IMG/VR virus record: IMGVR_UViG_3300031654_000269
Coordinates: 2,446-66,445 of that record
DNA length: 64,000 nucleotides
From: a virus
Reading direction: 5' to 3' (one strand)
Below the pieces are notes generated by a model that saw nothing but the letters and a program-made list of their open reading frames with translations, made no database searches and was not told where the DNA came from. The position numbers and the translations under genes are program-made. Shown one piece after another: positions 44,248 to 54,664 of this stretch. How positions within the stretch are numbered: the first letter of the stretch is position 1; every line of letters starts with the position of its first letter.

Positions 44248-47200
44248 ATGGCATACGTAAAAAAGTTTGAATACAGTCACTACGATTTCTACGATACTAT
44301 CCACTACCGAGTTGAATTACTACAAGATGGAGCAGGAGCGGGATCAACAAGTATTCAAAATGGTACAATTGACCCAACTCATCTAAAAACCAATAAAATT
44401 AGTCGTAGTGGATTAGATATTGTCTATGGTAGTGAATTTACGTTCTCATTTGTAGTTGACCGAGATGATATTTCAGATTATGATGATTTATTTGAATCCG
44501 TCTATAAAGAGTGGCGTTTGGATTTTTATAAGGATGAGGTATTGGATTGGAGAGGTTATATACAATCTGATGCTATTCAACGGACAATAACCGGTAATGT
44601 CATAGTAATTGAAATTGCCGCAACAGATGCGTTAAAGGATTTATCAAAGGAAGAATTTCGGTATAATGGTCAGATAATAACAGGTAAGTCTCTTAGTATA
44701 CTTACAATTGTGCGAAGAGCGTTAGAACCATTAGGAATTGATCTACCCTTCCAAGTAAAGTTAGGTACATGGGAAACTACTTATGGAGCTGCGGATAGCA
44801 ATTGCTTACATACCACTTTTGTATATGTAGATAGATTTGCTAGGTCTGTATCTGGAAAAACGGAAGTAGATAGTTGTTTAACAGTTATAGAAGCTGTTTT
44901 AAAAGACTTCAATGTAGTCCTCAGGCAGATTCATGGATGTTATCGAATAGGAGCAAAGCATGAAGGAAACTCCTATTATTATCAATATACCTGGGCACTT
45001 AATTTACAGGGGAGATATTCTTCTACTGGTGATGTAGTTGATACAACCAGTTGGAAGTTGGAAGGTGAACCAACGATGTCTTTAATTAGTCCTCTACAAC
45101 GAGTTGAAATTACTCATCGTAATAGAAATATGGGATCATCTCTGGTTGAGGATTTGGATGATTGGACGACTGGACCATGGGATATCCAATTCGATAGCTA
45201 TTACACAGAAGATTCAGGAGATACTTTGGTATTACTAGATGATTATAATTTTTCCCATAACAGAATTCTCACACTGACAGATGATTTTAGTCTGACAAAA
45301 GTAACTGATTCAGATTATGTACGAGTCAACCTTAGCTTTCAGATTCGTGGTAAGGATTCTGATTATCTGACAAATCGAAATCATAGTGTTGTTAGAATTT
45401 ATATTGTAAATAATGAAGATTCATCTTTACTTGCAGCCACAACAAATCTTACTCCAAGTTGGGGAACGATGGAAACTAGTAATATTGATGCCACATTAAT
45501 TACAGCCTCTGGTGATTTTAATATTGAGATTGAATTTGAAACATTTGGATTAGGGGATTATGCCTGTGAATTTTTAATAAAAGATGTTAATATTACTAAA
45601 GTAACAGTTGCGGATGAAGGGGAAATTATTTCTGATATTTCATTTGATGAATTTACTCAAGTTCAATCAGATACAGAAGGACGGGAAATTGTAGAGGTTG
45701 AAACATTATTTGGAGACACGGGGCAGGACGGAGATTTAGGTGCTTTTTATGTGAGTGGAGGAGGAACTGAGAATTCTACATTTTGGAGACGTTATGGAAA
45801 ACCAACAGAAGCAATTCCTATTATTGAAAGTTATGGATTATGTTTATTAACAGATCGTCAACGTTATAAAGAATTTATCAGTGGGTTAAATTATCATGAT
45901 GTGAATGATATTTTACGATTGCATAATTGGATTGCAATAAACAGAGATAGTACTACTCGATATTATCGTATCCAGGCTTTTGATAAATCATTCCGTAGAA
46001 ATATGGTTTCTTTACGTATAGAGGAAATTATATCTTCAAATATTACGTATGAGGCCACTAAAATTATTTTGAGTTCTGTTGATGGGGAAGGCTCAGGAGG
46101 TAGTACGATAGTCGGTTCAGGTGGAGGTTCATTTAGTTTATTGGATCATAATAACATCATTGGTGGTTTACATTTGGATACCGGTGAGCGGGCTCAATGG
46201 GATCAGGCGTATACTGATCGTATGAAATGGGATGGAGGAGCTTCAGAACTTGTTGCTGCTACAGGAAGAACATCATTGGAACTTGGGACAGCAGCTTTGT
46301 TAAATGCTTCTGGATTAGCTAATGATTATTTATTAGTAGGAAAGAGTATCAGTGAATTTGAAGGAGATAGTGAATTACAATGGAATGGAACCACGTTCAG
46401 AATATACTCTTCCACTAAGAGATTAACTTTTTATCCTGAATCATCTACTGATGTCGCAAAAATCTATTACTATAATGAAGAAGGAGGTTATCTTGATCTT
46501 GCTCTTGGAAGTTCAGCTTTAACTGTAAAAGCTAATATGCATATATGTATCAATACTACTACCGATAGTGGATATAATTTGAATGTAAGTGGTTCAGGTT
46601 ATTTTAGTACTACTTTAAATGTTGGAACTGATCTTGATGTGGATGGTACTGGAAATATTGCTGGAGTATTAACTTGCCAGAATGATGTTGGAAGCGCTTC
46701 ATTCGTTAGTGGGTTCGCTGGTAGTGGTTGGAGGTTGGATTATGATACTGATTATACTTTGACAGTGGATAATTTATATGTCAGGAAGGCAATGAACGTA
46801 TATGAATTAATAATTAATCAAATTCGTGCTACAAATGGTTCCTTGTGGGTAACTGATGCAATTAAGATTGATTCCGTAACTGCTGAGTCAGATATATTCA
46901 TTTGTTCTATTGATTCAGATGGTGGAAATATTACTGCTCCATTTGTAGAGGATGATATTGTACGTTGTCAGAAATGGACGGGACGAGGGGTGAAATATTA
47001 TAGTGCTGCGGTATTATCTGTTGATTCTGATGGACAGGCTTTTACGCTGGATGTAGTTGATGGATCGGATGAACCAGAGGCAGATGATATAGTTGTCCGA
47101 GTTGGTAATTCCTCATCTGCTTCAGATAGACAGGGGAGCATCTATTTGACAGCAAGTGATGATGATGCTCCTTATATTGATGTATTGGATGATGTGACAT

Positions 47201-48261
47201 CGTATGATTTTTCTGGTAAGACAAAAGTGAGGATAGGGAATTTGGATGGAATAACAGATGCTGATTTTGGAAGTTTAAGTGGGTATGGATTATATAGTAC
47301 AGATGCTTATCTAAAAGGTGGAATATATGCAGGCACCGGAGAAATAGGTGGATGGGTAATTGCAGAAAATACAATATCTAGTGGATATGCTTATCTATGT
47401 AGTGAAGAAAATACTACTGATTATGATGATACCAACATGACTGAGATCGGTCTAGGATTATATATTAAGACAGGAACTACAACGACTGATAAAATTGATA
47501 TGCTTCAGGTGGGTCAAATTTATCCTGCTTATGCTTTAGGGGGTGGAACTGAAAACATTTCTCTTACTGAATTTAACGATGCTGGTTATGGAATATTTTA
47601 TGGAATTAATATTACCAGATATAATTCGAGACCTGATGGATACCGAAAAATACTATTTCGAGTGTCCGATGAAGGAGGAGTTTGTGGAGGGTTTTTATTT
47701 GATGAAGAAAAATTTTATTATGGGGATTTAGAATTATATCACAATTTTAGTTCTAGTGATAACCTCTTGTCTATTGATAGTTCAGTTTCAACAGGGGTAT
47801 CTCACGGAGTTGTTGAAATTTACAACGCTAACTCCTCCTATGTAACCAATGTATTAATCTTAAAACAAAACGTAACGGCAGTTGATCGTAACGTGATGCG
47901 CATTTATTCCGGATCGTCCGGTGGAACAGATGAAGGTGGTTTGACAATCAGTTATGGAACTCTCGCTATTGTACAAGGGTCAGATATTCGGAGAAAAGAG
48001 AATATTGAAACAATAAAAAACGGGTTGGATATTGTTAATGAACTCAACCCAGCACTTTTTCACTGGAAAGATTATACTAAAAATCCAGAGGATGGATCAA
48101 AGATAGCCTCTTTCATAGCTCAAGAAATTGAAACTGTTTTACCAAATATGGTACATGAAGGAGACGGTGGAGAAAAATTTATTAATATCGATTATATTAT
48201 ACCTTACATCGTATCAGCAATTCAAGAATTGAGTAACAAATTAAAATGTAATCAATCATGA
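44248..48261 (+). CDS. Large tail tip/spike protein with a C-terminal S74 intramolecular chaperone
   Basis: 1337 aa; SDIRRKENI...FIAQEIE..LP; internal LTVDNLYVRKAMNVYEL segment. Confidence 0.8.
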   Translation: MAYVKKFEYSHYDFYDTIHYRVELLQDGAGAGSTSIQNGTIDPTHLKTNKISRSGLDIVYGSEFTFSFVVDRDDISDYDDLFESVYKEWRLDFYKDEVLDWRGYIQSDAIQRTITGNVIVIEIAATDALKDLSKEEFRYNGQIITGKSLSILTIVRRALEPLGIDLPFQVKLGTWETTYGAADSNCLHTTFVYVDRFARSVSGKTEVDSCLTVIEAVLKDFNVVLRQIHGCYRIGAKHEGNSYYYQYTWALNLQGRYSSTGDVVDTTSWKLEGEPTMSLISPLQRVEITHRNRNMGSSLVEDLDDWTTGPWDIQFDSYYTEDSGDTLVLLDDYNFSHNRILTLTDDFSLTKVTDSDYVRVNLSFQIRGKDSDYLTNRNHSVVRIYIVNNEDSSLLAATTNLTPSWGTMETSNIDATLITASGDFNIEIEFETFGLGDYACEFLIKDVNITKVTVADEGEIISDISFDEFTQVQSDTEGREIVEVETLFGDTGQDGDLGAFYVSGGGTENSTFWRRYGKPTEAIPIIESYGLCLLTDRQRYKEFISGLNYHDVNDILRLHNWIAINRDSTTRYYRIQAFDKSFRRNMVSLRIEEIISSNITYEATKIILSSVDGEGSGGSTIVGSGGGSFSLLDHNNIIGGLHLDTGERAQWDQAYTDRMKWDGGASELVAATGRTSLELGTAALLNASGLANDYLLVGKSISEFEGDSELQWNGTTFRIYSSTKRLTFYPESSTDVAKIYYYNEEGGYLDLALGSSALTVKANMHICINTTTDSGYNLNVSGSGYFSTTLNVGTDLDVDGTGNIAGVLTCQNDVGSASFVSGFAGSGWRLDYDTDYTLTVDNLYVRKAMNVYELIINQIRATNGSLWVTDAIKIDSVTAESDIFICSIDSDGGNITAPFVEDDIVRCQKWTGRGVKYYSAAVLSVDSDGQAFTLDVVDGSDEPEADDIVVRVGNSSSASDRQGSIYLTASDDDAPYIDVLDDVTSYDFSGKTKVRIGNLDGITDADFGSLSGYGLYSTDAYLKGGIYAGTGEIGGWVIAENTISSGYAYLCSEENTTDYDDTNMTEIGLGLYIKTGTTTTDKIDMLQVGQIYPAYALGGGTENISLTEFNDAGYGIFYGINITRYNSRPDGYRKILFRVSDEGGVCGGFLFDEEKFYYGDLELYHNFSSSDNLLSIDSSVSTGVSHGVVEIYNANSSYVTNVLILKQNVTAVDRNVMRIYSGSSGGTDEGGLTISYGTLAIVQGSDIRRKENIETIKNGLDIVNELNPALFHWKDYTKNPEDGSKIASFIAQEIETVLPNMVHEGDGGEKFINIDYIIPYIVSAIQELSNKLKCNQS

Positions 48262-48599
48262 AATTAAAAACTATTATTATTGCATTCAATGGAATCACGC
48301 AAGTATATGATTCTATTGAAGAGTTCAAACGTAAATGGGAACTCCTCTCAGCTTATAAAGAGCTACGAGAAGTAATGGATATGTTTGAAAAGGAAAAGGA
48401 AAAGAAGCTCTCTGATCTGATGAATGAACAGAAGCAAATTTCCCCAATCAACGTTCCTAAAGCAAATGCTCGCATTGCTGAGATTGCCGAGCAGGAAATC
48501 AAGTTGAAGAATCAATTGAAGTTTACAAAACAAGAGATTGAAAAATCAAAAATAAAGGGTTCTGAATTAGTGAATATTATTGATTTTATTAAAGAATAA
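48258..48599 (+). CDS. Hypothetical protein
   Basis: 113 aa, coupled to the tail gene. Confidence 0.7.
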   Translation: MKLKTIIIAFNGITQVYDSIEEFKRKWELLSAYKELREVMDMFEKEKEKKLSDLMNEQKQISPINVPKANARIAEIAEQEIKLKNQLKFTKQEIEKSKIKGSELVNIIDFIKE

Positions 48600-48604
48600 G
48601 TAAA

Positions 48605-48862
48605 ATGAAAACAGTTAAAAGAATTTGGAAATGGTTGAGTGGTAAAAAATCAGCCATTGGTATTGTAGGACTAAGTTTCTGTCAACTGGGATTAATAAAG
48701 AATAACATCAACCCAGGTGTACTTGAAATACTAAATCTATTGTTTACTATAATGGGAGGGGCTGGAGTTATTCATAGAGACTGGAAATCTGATAACTCAG
48801 TCTTGAAGAGAGTCAATAAATCCATCAATCAGTCCGTTCAGAAGTACAAAAAAAATAATTGA
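48605..48862 (+). CDS. Holin-like membrane protein
   Basis: WLSGKKSAIG, two TM segments, basic C-terminus. Confidence 0.55.
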   Translation: MKTVKRIWKWLSGKKSAIGIVGLSFCQLGLIKNNINPGVLEILNLLFTIMGGAGVIHRDWKSDNSVLKRVNKSINQSVQKYKKNN

Positions 48863-48908
48863 TTTGGTATTAAATAATTTCTATGTTTAACAATTAAAAT
48901 TTCTAATC

Positions 48909-49292
48909 ATGAATGATGTATTAATGTTTTTAAAGGAATCCCATATTAAATGGGGAATTGACACTATTGATGACTTCACTCACTTTGGTATGATCGGTGA
49001 AGCTGTAGAACGACCGGTACTCAGTATTGCTTTTAATCAGTTGAATAAATTTGTTTCACCGAAAGTTCCGGATGATTTTAAAACTGAAATTCACGAGGCA
49101 CTTGATAAAGTAGTGGAAGGGAATTATCCAGCTGCCGTTGACGAAGCATTTGACGTTGTTCAGCTTGCTGTTGAAAAAATCAAGAAGCTTGATCCGGTTG
49201 TCCGGGAAATTGCTGAAGCATTACTGAAAGTGATTGAGGCTGCTCTGGTTGGTCTTATTGAAAAGAAGAAAGCAGAATCGGCTCAGGAGTAA
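48909..49292 (+). CDS. Hypothetical protein, last gene of the late operon
   Basis: 127 aa helical ORF. Confidence 0.7.
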   Translation: MNDVLMFLKESHIKWGIDTIDDFTHFGMIGEAVERPVLSIAFNQLNKFVSPKVPDDFKTEIHEALDKVVEGNYPAAVDEAFDVVQLAVEKIKKLDPVVREIAEALLKVIEAALVGLIEKKKAESAQE

Positions 49293-49322
49293 GTGTAGGT
49301 AGATTGTTTTTTTCATAGTGAG

Positions 49323-49350
49323 AATCCCGGTTTAATCGCCGGGATTTTTT
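49323..49350 (+). terminator. Rho-independent terminator at the convergence point
   Basis: aatcccgg/ccgggatt stem followed by a T-run. Confidence 0.75.
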
Positions 49351-49688
49351 ATATCACTTGTTTTTAAAATCCCAATCATTTGACTAGGTTGAATCTTTAG
49401 TTTCTTGAGTCGTTTGATCTCCTCTGCCAATCCATTTAATCCTCCTGTGTTAAACACTCCAAGTAGATATATTCCATCAATGTCATTTGCAGTAAATTCA
49501 AAAGTCTCTTCCTCAATAATTTTATTTAGATCATTGATACATTTTTGTAATTCATTTACACGAGCTGATTTAGTCGCTATTTTGGTTTGCTGTTCTTTTC
49601 TTTGTGACTGGAGTTTTCCTATTTCTTCAATATATTCATATTGACAAATCCTCCAATCTTCAACTTGTTTTTTTAGTTTTTCTATCAT
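49332..49688 (-). CDS. Hypothetical coiled-coil protein
   Basis: 118 aa ORF. Confidence 0.65.
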   Translation of the reverse strand: MIEKLKKQVEDWRICQYEYIEEIGKLQSQRKEQQTKIATKSARVNELQKCINDLNKIIEEETFEFTANDIDGIYLLGVFNTGGLNGLAEEIKRLKKLKIQPSQMIGILKTSDIKNPGD

Positions 49689-49797
49689 ATTTTTATTTTA
49701 GAGTTTATAATAAATCAATGGCAAACTTCCTTCGCACACTGCTTTACGTTTGCTCATTGAGGCTAACGGTTCCACGTTCACTTGGGCCATATAAAAA

Positions 49798-49971
49798 TTA
49801 TTTCTCAACCCACTTTCCTTCCATTTCAAGTTTTGTTAAATGATGCACTACATCTGAATTTTTAAATTGAACATTTCTAAGCGCATAGCCTTTACTAAAA
49901 CCATCTTCCATTCCATCTATTCTTATCCTTTCAAGAATGTATTCCTTAATGAAATCAAAATCCTCATTCAT
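49798..49971 (-). CDS. Small hypothetical protein (57 aa)
   Basis: MNEDFDFIKEYILERIRIDG...WVEK by manual translation. Confidence 0.45.
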   Translation of the reverse strand: MNEDFDFIKEYILERIRIDGMEDGFSKGYALRNVQFKNSDVVHHLTKLEMEGKWVEK

Positions 49972-50029
49972 AATTTTTATTTATAAAGTTAATACTACTT
50001 AGTTACTTATCTTAATCCGATGCGCCAGC

Positions 50030-50155
50030 AGCTAACAATGTATAACTGCCATATTCACTCTCTTTTGTAATGTTTTTGTCGTTCAAAGTTTCCATCTTTT
50101 AATATATTTTAGTTCGTAATTTTAAAGAATACGGCAGTTATACTTACCGTTGGCA
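50030..50155. repeat. attC-like imperfect palindrome
   Basis: AGCTAAC...GTATAACTGCCATATTC / GAATACGGCAGTTATAC...GTTGGCA. Confidence 0.55.
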
Positions 50156-50182
50156 AACATGTCGTATCGAACGGACGGCGAA

Positions 50183-50398
50183 TCAAATTTGCCCTCCACA
50201 TACATAACATTTACTCCACTTAACTAAATTACCAGGAAATTTACAATGTTTACATATTTTTAATGCATCTTCATCCGGTTCATTCGAATTAATTGATTTT
50301 AATAATTCACGAGCTTTATCCTTAAAATGAGAATAGGCATAATTATAGTTTACAATTGATTCTAAGAAATCAATAATTTCCTTTCTATGTTTTTCCAT
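50183..50398 (-). CDS. Small zinc-finger protein
   Basis: CKHC...CYVC. Confidence 0.65.
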   Translation of the reverse strand: MEKHRKEIIDFLESIVNYNYAYSHFKDKARELLKSINSNEPDEDALKICKHCKFPGNLVKWSKCYVCGGQI

Positions 50399-50405
50399 TT
50401 AGAGT

Positions 50406-50606
50406 TTATAATAAATCAATGACAAATGTTCCCAATTCTACGGCTTTCCGTAAACAATATATAGTTTTGTCAAATGAATTAGTAAGATTATATATTTCCT
50501 TCACATCGGTAATAGTATACGGGTGATACTTGGAAATCACTTCAATCATATTCTTTTCAAATTCACTTAATTCTTTGGTTTTGTTACTTTTTGAATCTCC
50601 ACTCAT
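50406..50606 (-). CDS. Hypothetical protein
   Basis: 66 aa ORF. Confidence 0.6.
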   Translation of the reverse strand: MSGDSKSNKTKELSEFEKNMIEVISKYHPYTITDVKEIYNLTNSFDKTIYCLRKAVELGTFVIDLL

Positions 50607-50910
50607 AGTCTTTGTATTTAGTTTTGTTTTTTATAGCTCTTGAAACTCCTTGTTTAATTCCTCCAACGGCATCTGCGGCTTTTTTTGTACTTGGATGAGT
50701 ATCTATAACATTTCCATCTTTTAATTGTTCCACCGGTTTAGAATGAGCTGTTGAATCCTTCCCTCGTTCAAGTCCTTGTATGAAACTATTATTGCTATCC
50801 AATCCTAGTTCAAACCCAGCATCATACCCTAATAGATAAATGTATTGTAAACCTCCAGCATAGTACAAATCAATGAGTTCTCTTTCGGTTAGGTTAATCT
50901 TTTTATCCAT
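50584..50910 (-). CDS. NUMOD1-like DNA-binding domain protein
   Basis: SKPVEQL.DG.VI..HPS.KKAA..VG...WRF. Confidence 0.7.
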   Translation of the reverse strand: MDKKINLTERELIDLYYAGGLQYIYLLGYDAGFELGLDSNNSFIQGLERGKDSTAHSKPVEQLKDGNVIDTHPSTKKAADAVGGIKQGVSRAIKNKTKYKDYEWRFKK

Positions 50911-51544
50911 AATGATGATTAAGATGATTAAAGAATTGTCTGATGACTTTGCTAATACCTTTACGGATTGTTACTTTGAAAATCTTATCAGCATACTCGG
51001 TTAGAGTCTGTTCGTGAGTAACAATTATAAATTGAATCCCTAAACGTTCAGACAATTCTTTAATCATCATTGATGCCTGTTCTTGATAATCTTCACTAAG
51101 GAATCTAAACGGTTCATCAAGTATAATAGTATTGCAAGATTTCTTTTGTTGCATCGTCCATGAAGTGATGCGAAGGGCAAACGCAGCTACATCTACAGCA
51201 CCAACTCCAGCGGCAGTGATAGGATCAATCTTTTCATTGTCCCTCATAAAGTACAAATCACATTCTGTTTTATTCCTTCGCTCAACAAACTCCGTGATGA
51301 GTTCATATGGATCTTCAAACACGGCATTTAATGCCAGAGTGGTAATTTCTGAAATATGATATTGGAGTTGTTCCTGAGTTTTCAATCCTACATGACGAAC
51401 GATTTCACGGGCTTGTTCATGCCGTCGTAAATCCTGCTTCAGTTTACGTAGACTCTGCTGAGTTGTTTTAACGGAATGATCTACGTGGGCGAGTTCGCCT
51501 TTCTGTTGTTCCAGTTTCTTCCGATATTCTTGTATTTGACTCAT
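50903..51544 (-). CDS. SbcC/Rad50-like ATPase, C-terminal half
   Basis: Coiled coil, signature-like AAGVG, IILDEPF, IIVTH; start at 51544. Confidence 0.85.
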   Translation of the reverse strand: MSQIQEYRKKLEQQKGELAHVDHSVKTTQQSLRKLKQDLRRHEQAREIVRHVGLKTQEQLQYHISEITTLALNAVFEDPYELITEFVERRNKTECDLYFMRDNEKIDPITAAGVGAVDVAAFALRITSWTMQQKKSCNTIILDEPFRFLSEDYQEQASMMIKELSERLGIQFIIVTHEQTLTEYADKIFKVTIRKGISKVIRQFFNHLNHHYG

Positions 51545-51770
51545 TGTAAGATTCCTCAAGTTTTTTTAATCCTTCAGCTATTTTAATATCAATATCATCT
51601 ATTTTTGATTGTAACTCCTTCAACTTTTTTTTGCTTTCTTCGAGTGATTTACAATTCCATTTCTTTTTAAGTTCGTCCATTGAGTGGTCCCGACGACCTT
51701 CAGACTTTGAGATATCTGTTTTAGCATCGTCAATATCCTGTTTGAGATCAAACAATTGTTTTTCTTTCAT
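51468..51770 (-). CDS. Coiled-coil hypothetical protein
   Basis: 100 aa charged heptad pattern. Confidence 0.65.
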   Translation of the reverse strand: MKEKQLFDLKQDIDDAKTDISKSEGRRDHSMDELKKKWNCKSLEESKKKLKELQSKIDDIDIKIAEGLKKLEESYNESNTRISEETGTTERRTRPRRSFR

Positions 51771-51961
51771 CGTAGAATTTTTGTTATAATGTTTATAGTA
51801 GGCTGAGTGATTTTTGATATACTCTTAGCAATCTTTAATAGGTTATAAGCAATGATTATTCCTTTAATATTAACTGGAATTTCATCCCCCCATTTTCCGT
51901 CGTATGTACGAATACATCTACGTTCCCATTGATTGAATAGTAACTTTTTAGTTGAGTCCAT
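51767..51961 (-). CDS. Hypothetical protein
   Basis: 64 aa, overlapping both neighbours. Confidence 0.55.
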   Translation of the reverse strand: MDSTKKLLFNQWERRCIRTYDGKWGDEIPVNIKGIIIAYNLLKIAKSISKITQPTINIITKILR

Positions 51962-52184
51962 ACTGTGGGTATTTTATTGATTTATATTCCTTATCAGTTA
52001 TTTTACCGAGATCATATAATCTCTTAGCCTCTTCCTTACGATAGATCGGATGAATGTTTCGTAATAGAATAATAATAGGAATTACATTCAATCTAGGATC
52101 ATCTCCTTTTGGTTTGTTTACTGATCGTATTTGATCAATTAGTTGTCTTCTTGTTGAAGCAATTTTAGTTCTTGTCATAGTCAT
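51948..52184 (-). CDS. Hypothetical protein
   Basis: 78 aa ORF. Confidence 0.6.
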   Translation of the reverse strand: MTMTRTKIASTRRQLIDQIRSVNKPKGDDPRLNVIPIIILLRNIHPIYRKEEAKRLYDLGKITDKEYKSIKYPQYGLN

Positions 52185-52186
52185 TC

Positions 52187-53074
52187 TTATTGATTTATTG
52201 ATTTGTATATTAATTGTTGTACTGATTCTCTTATGTCCGGATTATCTGCTAAGAAGAGTTTAATATTATCCTCAAAGCTTAATAAGGTTTCCTGCTCAGT
52301 ATTTAAACGCGAGATAAAGTCCTCAATCCTTTTATCTCGCTGTTCTGTTCGCTCTATATGTTCACGTGAAATAACCTTCGGATCGTGGGGTAAAATTACT
52401 TCTTCAACTGTATTATCATCTCCATAGTATAAATATACTTGTGGCTTATGTGTTTCGCTTGCTCTCTGCCTGGTAAACGATCCCGGATTAACGAGTAACC
52501 GTCCTTGATATTCAACTACAAATGGTTTGTGATTATCACCGGTTACAATTAAATCAAAATTAGGATATTTTTTTAATAGACTTTTTGCTGAATCAACTTT
52601 ATCTGTATGATATGGATTATCTTCATGCCAAACCATCGTATGCCAAAGTAGGATTTGTTCAGTATCATCTTTTAAAGGATGGGAATTCCAATTACATGTT
52701 TTAACATGAATCAACCCGTAATAACTTTTATTACTCACTTTACCGGCTTTCTCTAGTACATTAATTCCACTTTTATGTCTTAACTCAAAATTATGTTGAG
52801 GAAGATCATGTTGACCATATACTGTATAGAAGTCCTCGGGTAAATATTGTAGAGCATACGAAAGCAATTCCGGACTGGGTTTCCAATGATGAAATAAATC
52901 ACCGGCATGTAATACTGGACAATTATATTGCTTTTGTAATTGAGATAGAAATTCTAATTTGTGCGTTTGAGCTTCAACGAAGTTATCTGTTCTACAGATC
53001 GGTTGATCTAATCGCAGATGAATATCACTACAAAGTATTGTGGAGACTTCTTTTTTTGATTTAGTTCTTTTCAT
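52187..53074 (-). CDS. SbcD/Mre11-like metallophosphoesterase nuclease
   Basis: SDIH, AGDLF, YGQHD, GDNH, NPGS. Confidence 0.9.
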   Translation of the reverse strand: MKRTKSKKEVSTILCSDIHLRLDQPICRTDNFVEAQTHKLEFLSQLQKQYNCPVLHAGDLFHHWKPSPELLSYALQYLPEDFYTVYGQHDLPQHNFELRHKSGINVLEKAGKVSNKSYYGLIHVKTCNWNSHPLKDDTEQILLWHTMVWHEDNPYHTDKVDSAKSLLKKYPNFDLIVTGDNHKPFVVEYQGRLLVNPGSFTRQRASETHKPQVYLYYGDDNTVEEVILPHDPKVISREHIERTEQRDKRIEDFISRLNTEQETLLSFEDNIKLFLADNPDIRESVQQLIYKSINQ

Positions 53075-53243
53075 ATGCTTCCAATATATTGTGAGTGTAT
53101 ATATGCTGGGAGTGTCTCATGTCATATATAAATTCAGACAACTCTTTTTCATTCTCAAAATGAATACTAATTGTAATTGGTTCAAAAATTTTTGATCTTG
53201 ATATTGATACTTTCATAATGTATGAGATTTACTTAAAATTTCC

Positions 53244-53450
53244 TTATAACCCACGATTAACAGTATGATTAAGTTTTTTAATATTAGTGGAATTTAATTG
53301 AAATTTTAATCCTTTCAATAATATATGAGTTTGAGGTGTGTAATTTAATTCTATCAAACTATGCACTTGATTTTGGTAATCAGATAATATACCAATTACT
53401 CTATTTAAGTCGGTTTCTAATTCCAGTAAGTATTCTTTGTCTTTATTCAT
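53244..53450 (-). CDS. Hypothetical protein
   Basis: 68 aa ORF. Confidence 0.55.
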   Translation of the reverse strand: MNKDKEYLLELETDLNRVIGILSDYQNQVHSLIELNYTPQTHILLKGLKFQLNSTNIKKLNHTVNRGL

Positions 53451-53544
53451 ATCTATTTTGTTTTATGTAAGTTTTAAAGTTCAATACGTCACGTCTGCCA
53501 ACCAAGTGTATAAGTAATGTGGCTAATAAAATAATCTTCGTCTT

Positions 53545-54453
53545 TCATAATATCTTTTGATTACACAATGGACATATTTCAGGCATCTCCCGTTCGAAGG
53601 TTTCTTCCATTTCGGTGAGCTTCCTCTTCCCTTCAGAAATATTATTATTACTAGTCACTATTTCCGTGATTAATTCTGTAAGATTATTCTCTTCCTCTTT
53701 AAGAGCATCCCGCTCATTAATCTTATCAATTAACAAGTCAACATCCTTCTCAAACTTCAATATTTCCGATTTCTCTTCTATCTCTTCTTCAATCTCAGCA
53801 ATGTCCATTATTAAAGTTGATAGAGATTGTTTACTAGTCCTTAGTGATAACGCTCGTTGTTCCATTCCTTCCAACACTTCAACTTCAATCTCAAATTTTT
53901 CCAGGTGAGTATAATTTTTCAGCTCCTCTTCAAATTCTTTTAACTGGTTAGTTTTTGATTTGATCTCTGCTGTGATTTCACTTAACCACTTCTCTATGTT
54001 CTTACGAGATAAGTCAATCACACCTAAATCGGCTACCTTATTAAAATGTTGAGCAACCTCTCCGGATGTATTGGATATTAGAAAAGGACGATCTAATTGT
54101 TGTTGTAGATTAATTTCATTGAAGTTTAATAACGTCTGAACTTCAACTGGGACGTCGGTACGGATTGCTTCAAAAGTTCCATAATCTTTCACTCTATATT
54201 TATTTTCTGAATTGGTACGTATACGTAATATCGTATAATCCTTTTCTGTTGTGACCTCAACTGCTGTATCTCCTCCCCAGGTAGAACGTATGGCCTCACC
54301 CTGTGGTCGATTCTGAATCAAGTATACTAATGCTCGAATTATAGCTGACTTACCCGAATCGGTAGAACCTACGATGATATTAACACCGGGAGAGAATTCA
54401 AGTTCAGTGTCTTTATGACTTTGGAAGTTCTTTATTTTTAGTTTTTTCAGCAT
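53545..54453 (-). CDS. SbcC/Rad50-like ATPase, N-terminal half ending at the zinc hook
   Basis: IKNFQSH, Walker A GSTDSGKS, Q-loop, coiled coil, terminal CPLC. Confidence 0.88.
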   Translation of the reverse strand: MLKKLKIKNFQSHKDTELEFSPGVNIIVGSTDSGKSAIIRALVYLIQNRPQGEAIRSTWGGDTAVEVTTEKDYTILRIRTNSENKYRVKDYGTFEAIRTDVPVEVQTLLNFNEINLQQQLDRPFLISNTSGEVAQHFNKVADLGVIDLSRKNIEKWLSEITAEIKSKTNQLKEFEEELKNYTHLEKFEIEVEVLEGMEQRALSLRTSKQSLSTLIMDIAEIEEEIEEKSEILKFEKDVDLLIDKINERDALKEEENNLTELITEIVTSNNNISEGKRKLTEMEETFEREMPEICPLCNQKIL

Positions 54454-54662
54454 ACAAGAGTAAATATTAATATGATTATTACAGTGGTGCTAGATGCTTG
54501 ATAAATTGAATTAATAAAAGTATAAGGAAATAAGTTAATTTTATCTTCCAGTTCTTCAAAGGACATTTTATTTACTATTGTTAGTAAATAAAGAATATAC
54601 AATGTTCCAATTACAAATCCTAAAATAGGAATCCAAGCTAATAATTTTAATACTTTTTTCAT
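54447..54662 (-). CDS. Small two-TM membrane protein
   Basis: Two hydrophobic helices. Confidence 0.6.
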   Translation of the reverse strand: MKKVLKLLAWIPILGFVIGTLYILYLLTIVNKMSFEELEDKINLFPYTFINSIYQASSTTVIIILIFTLVC

Positions 54663-54664
54663 GA

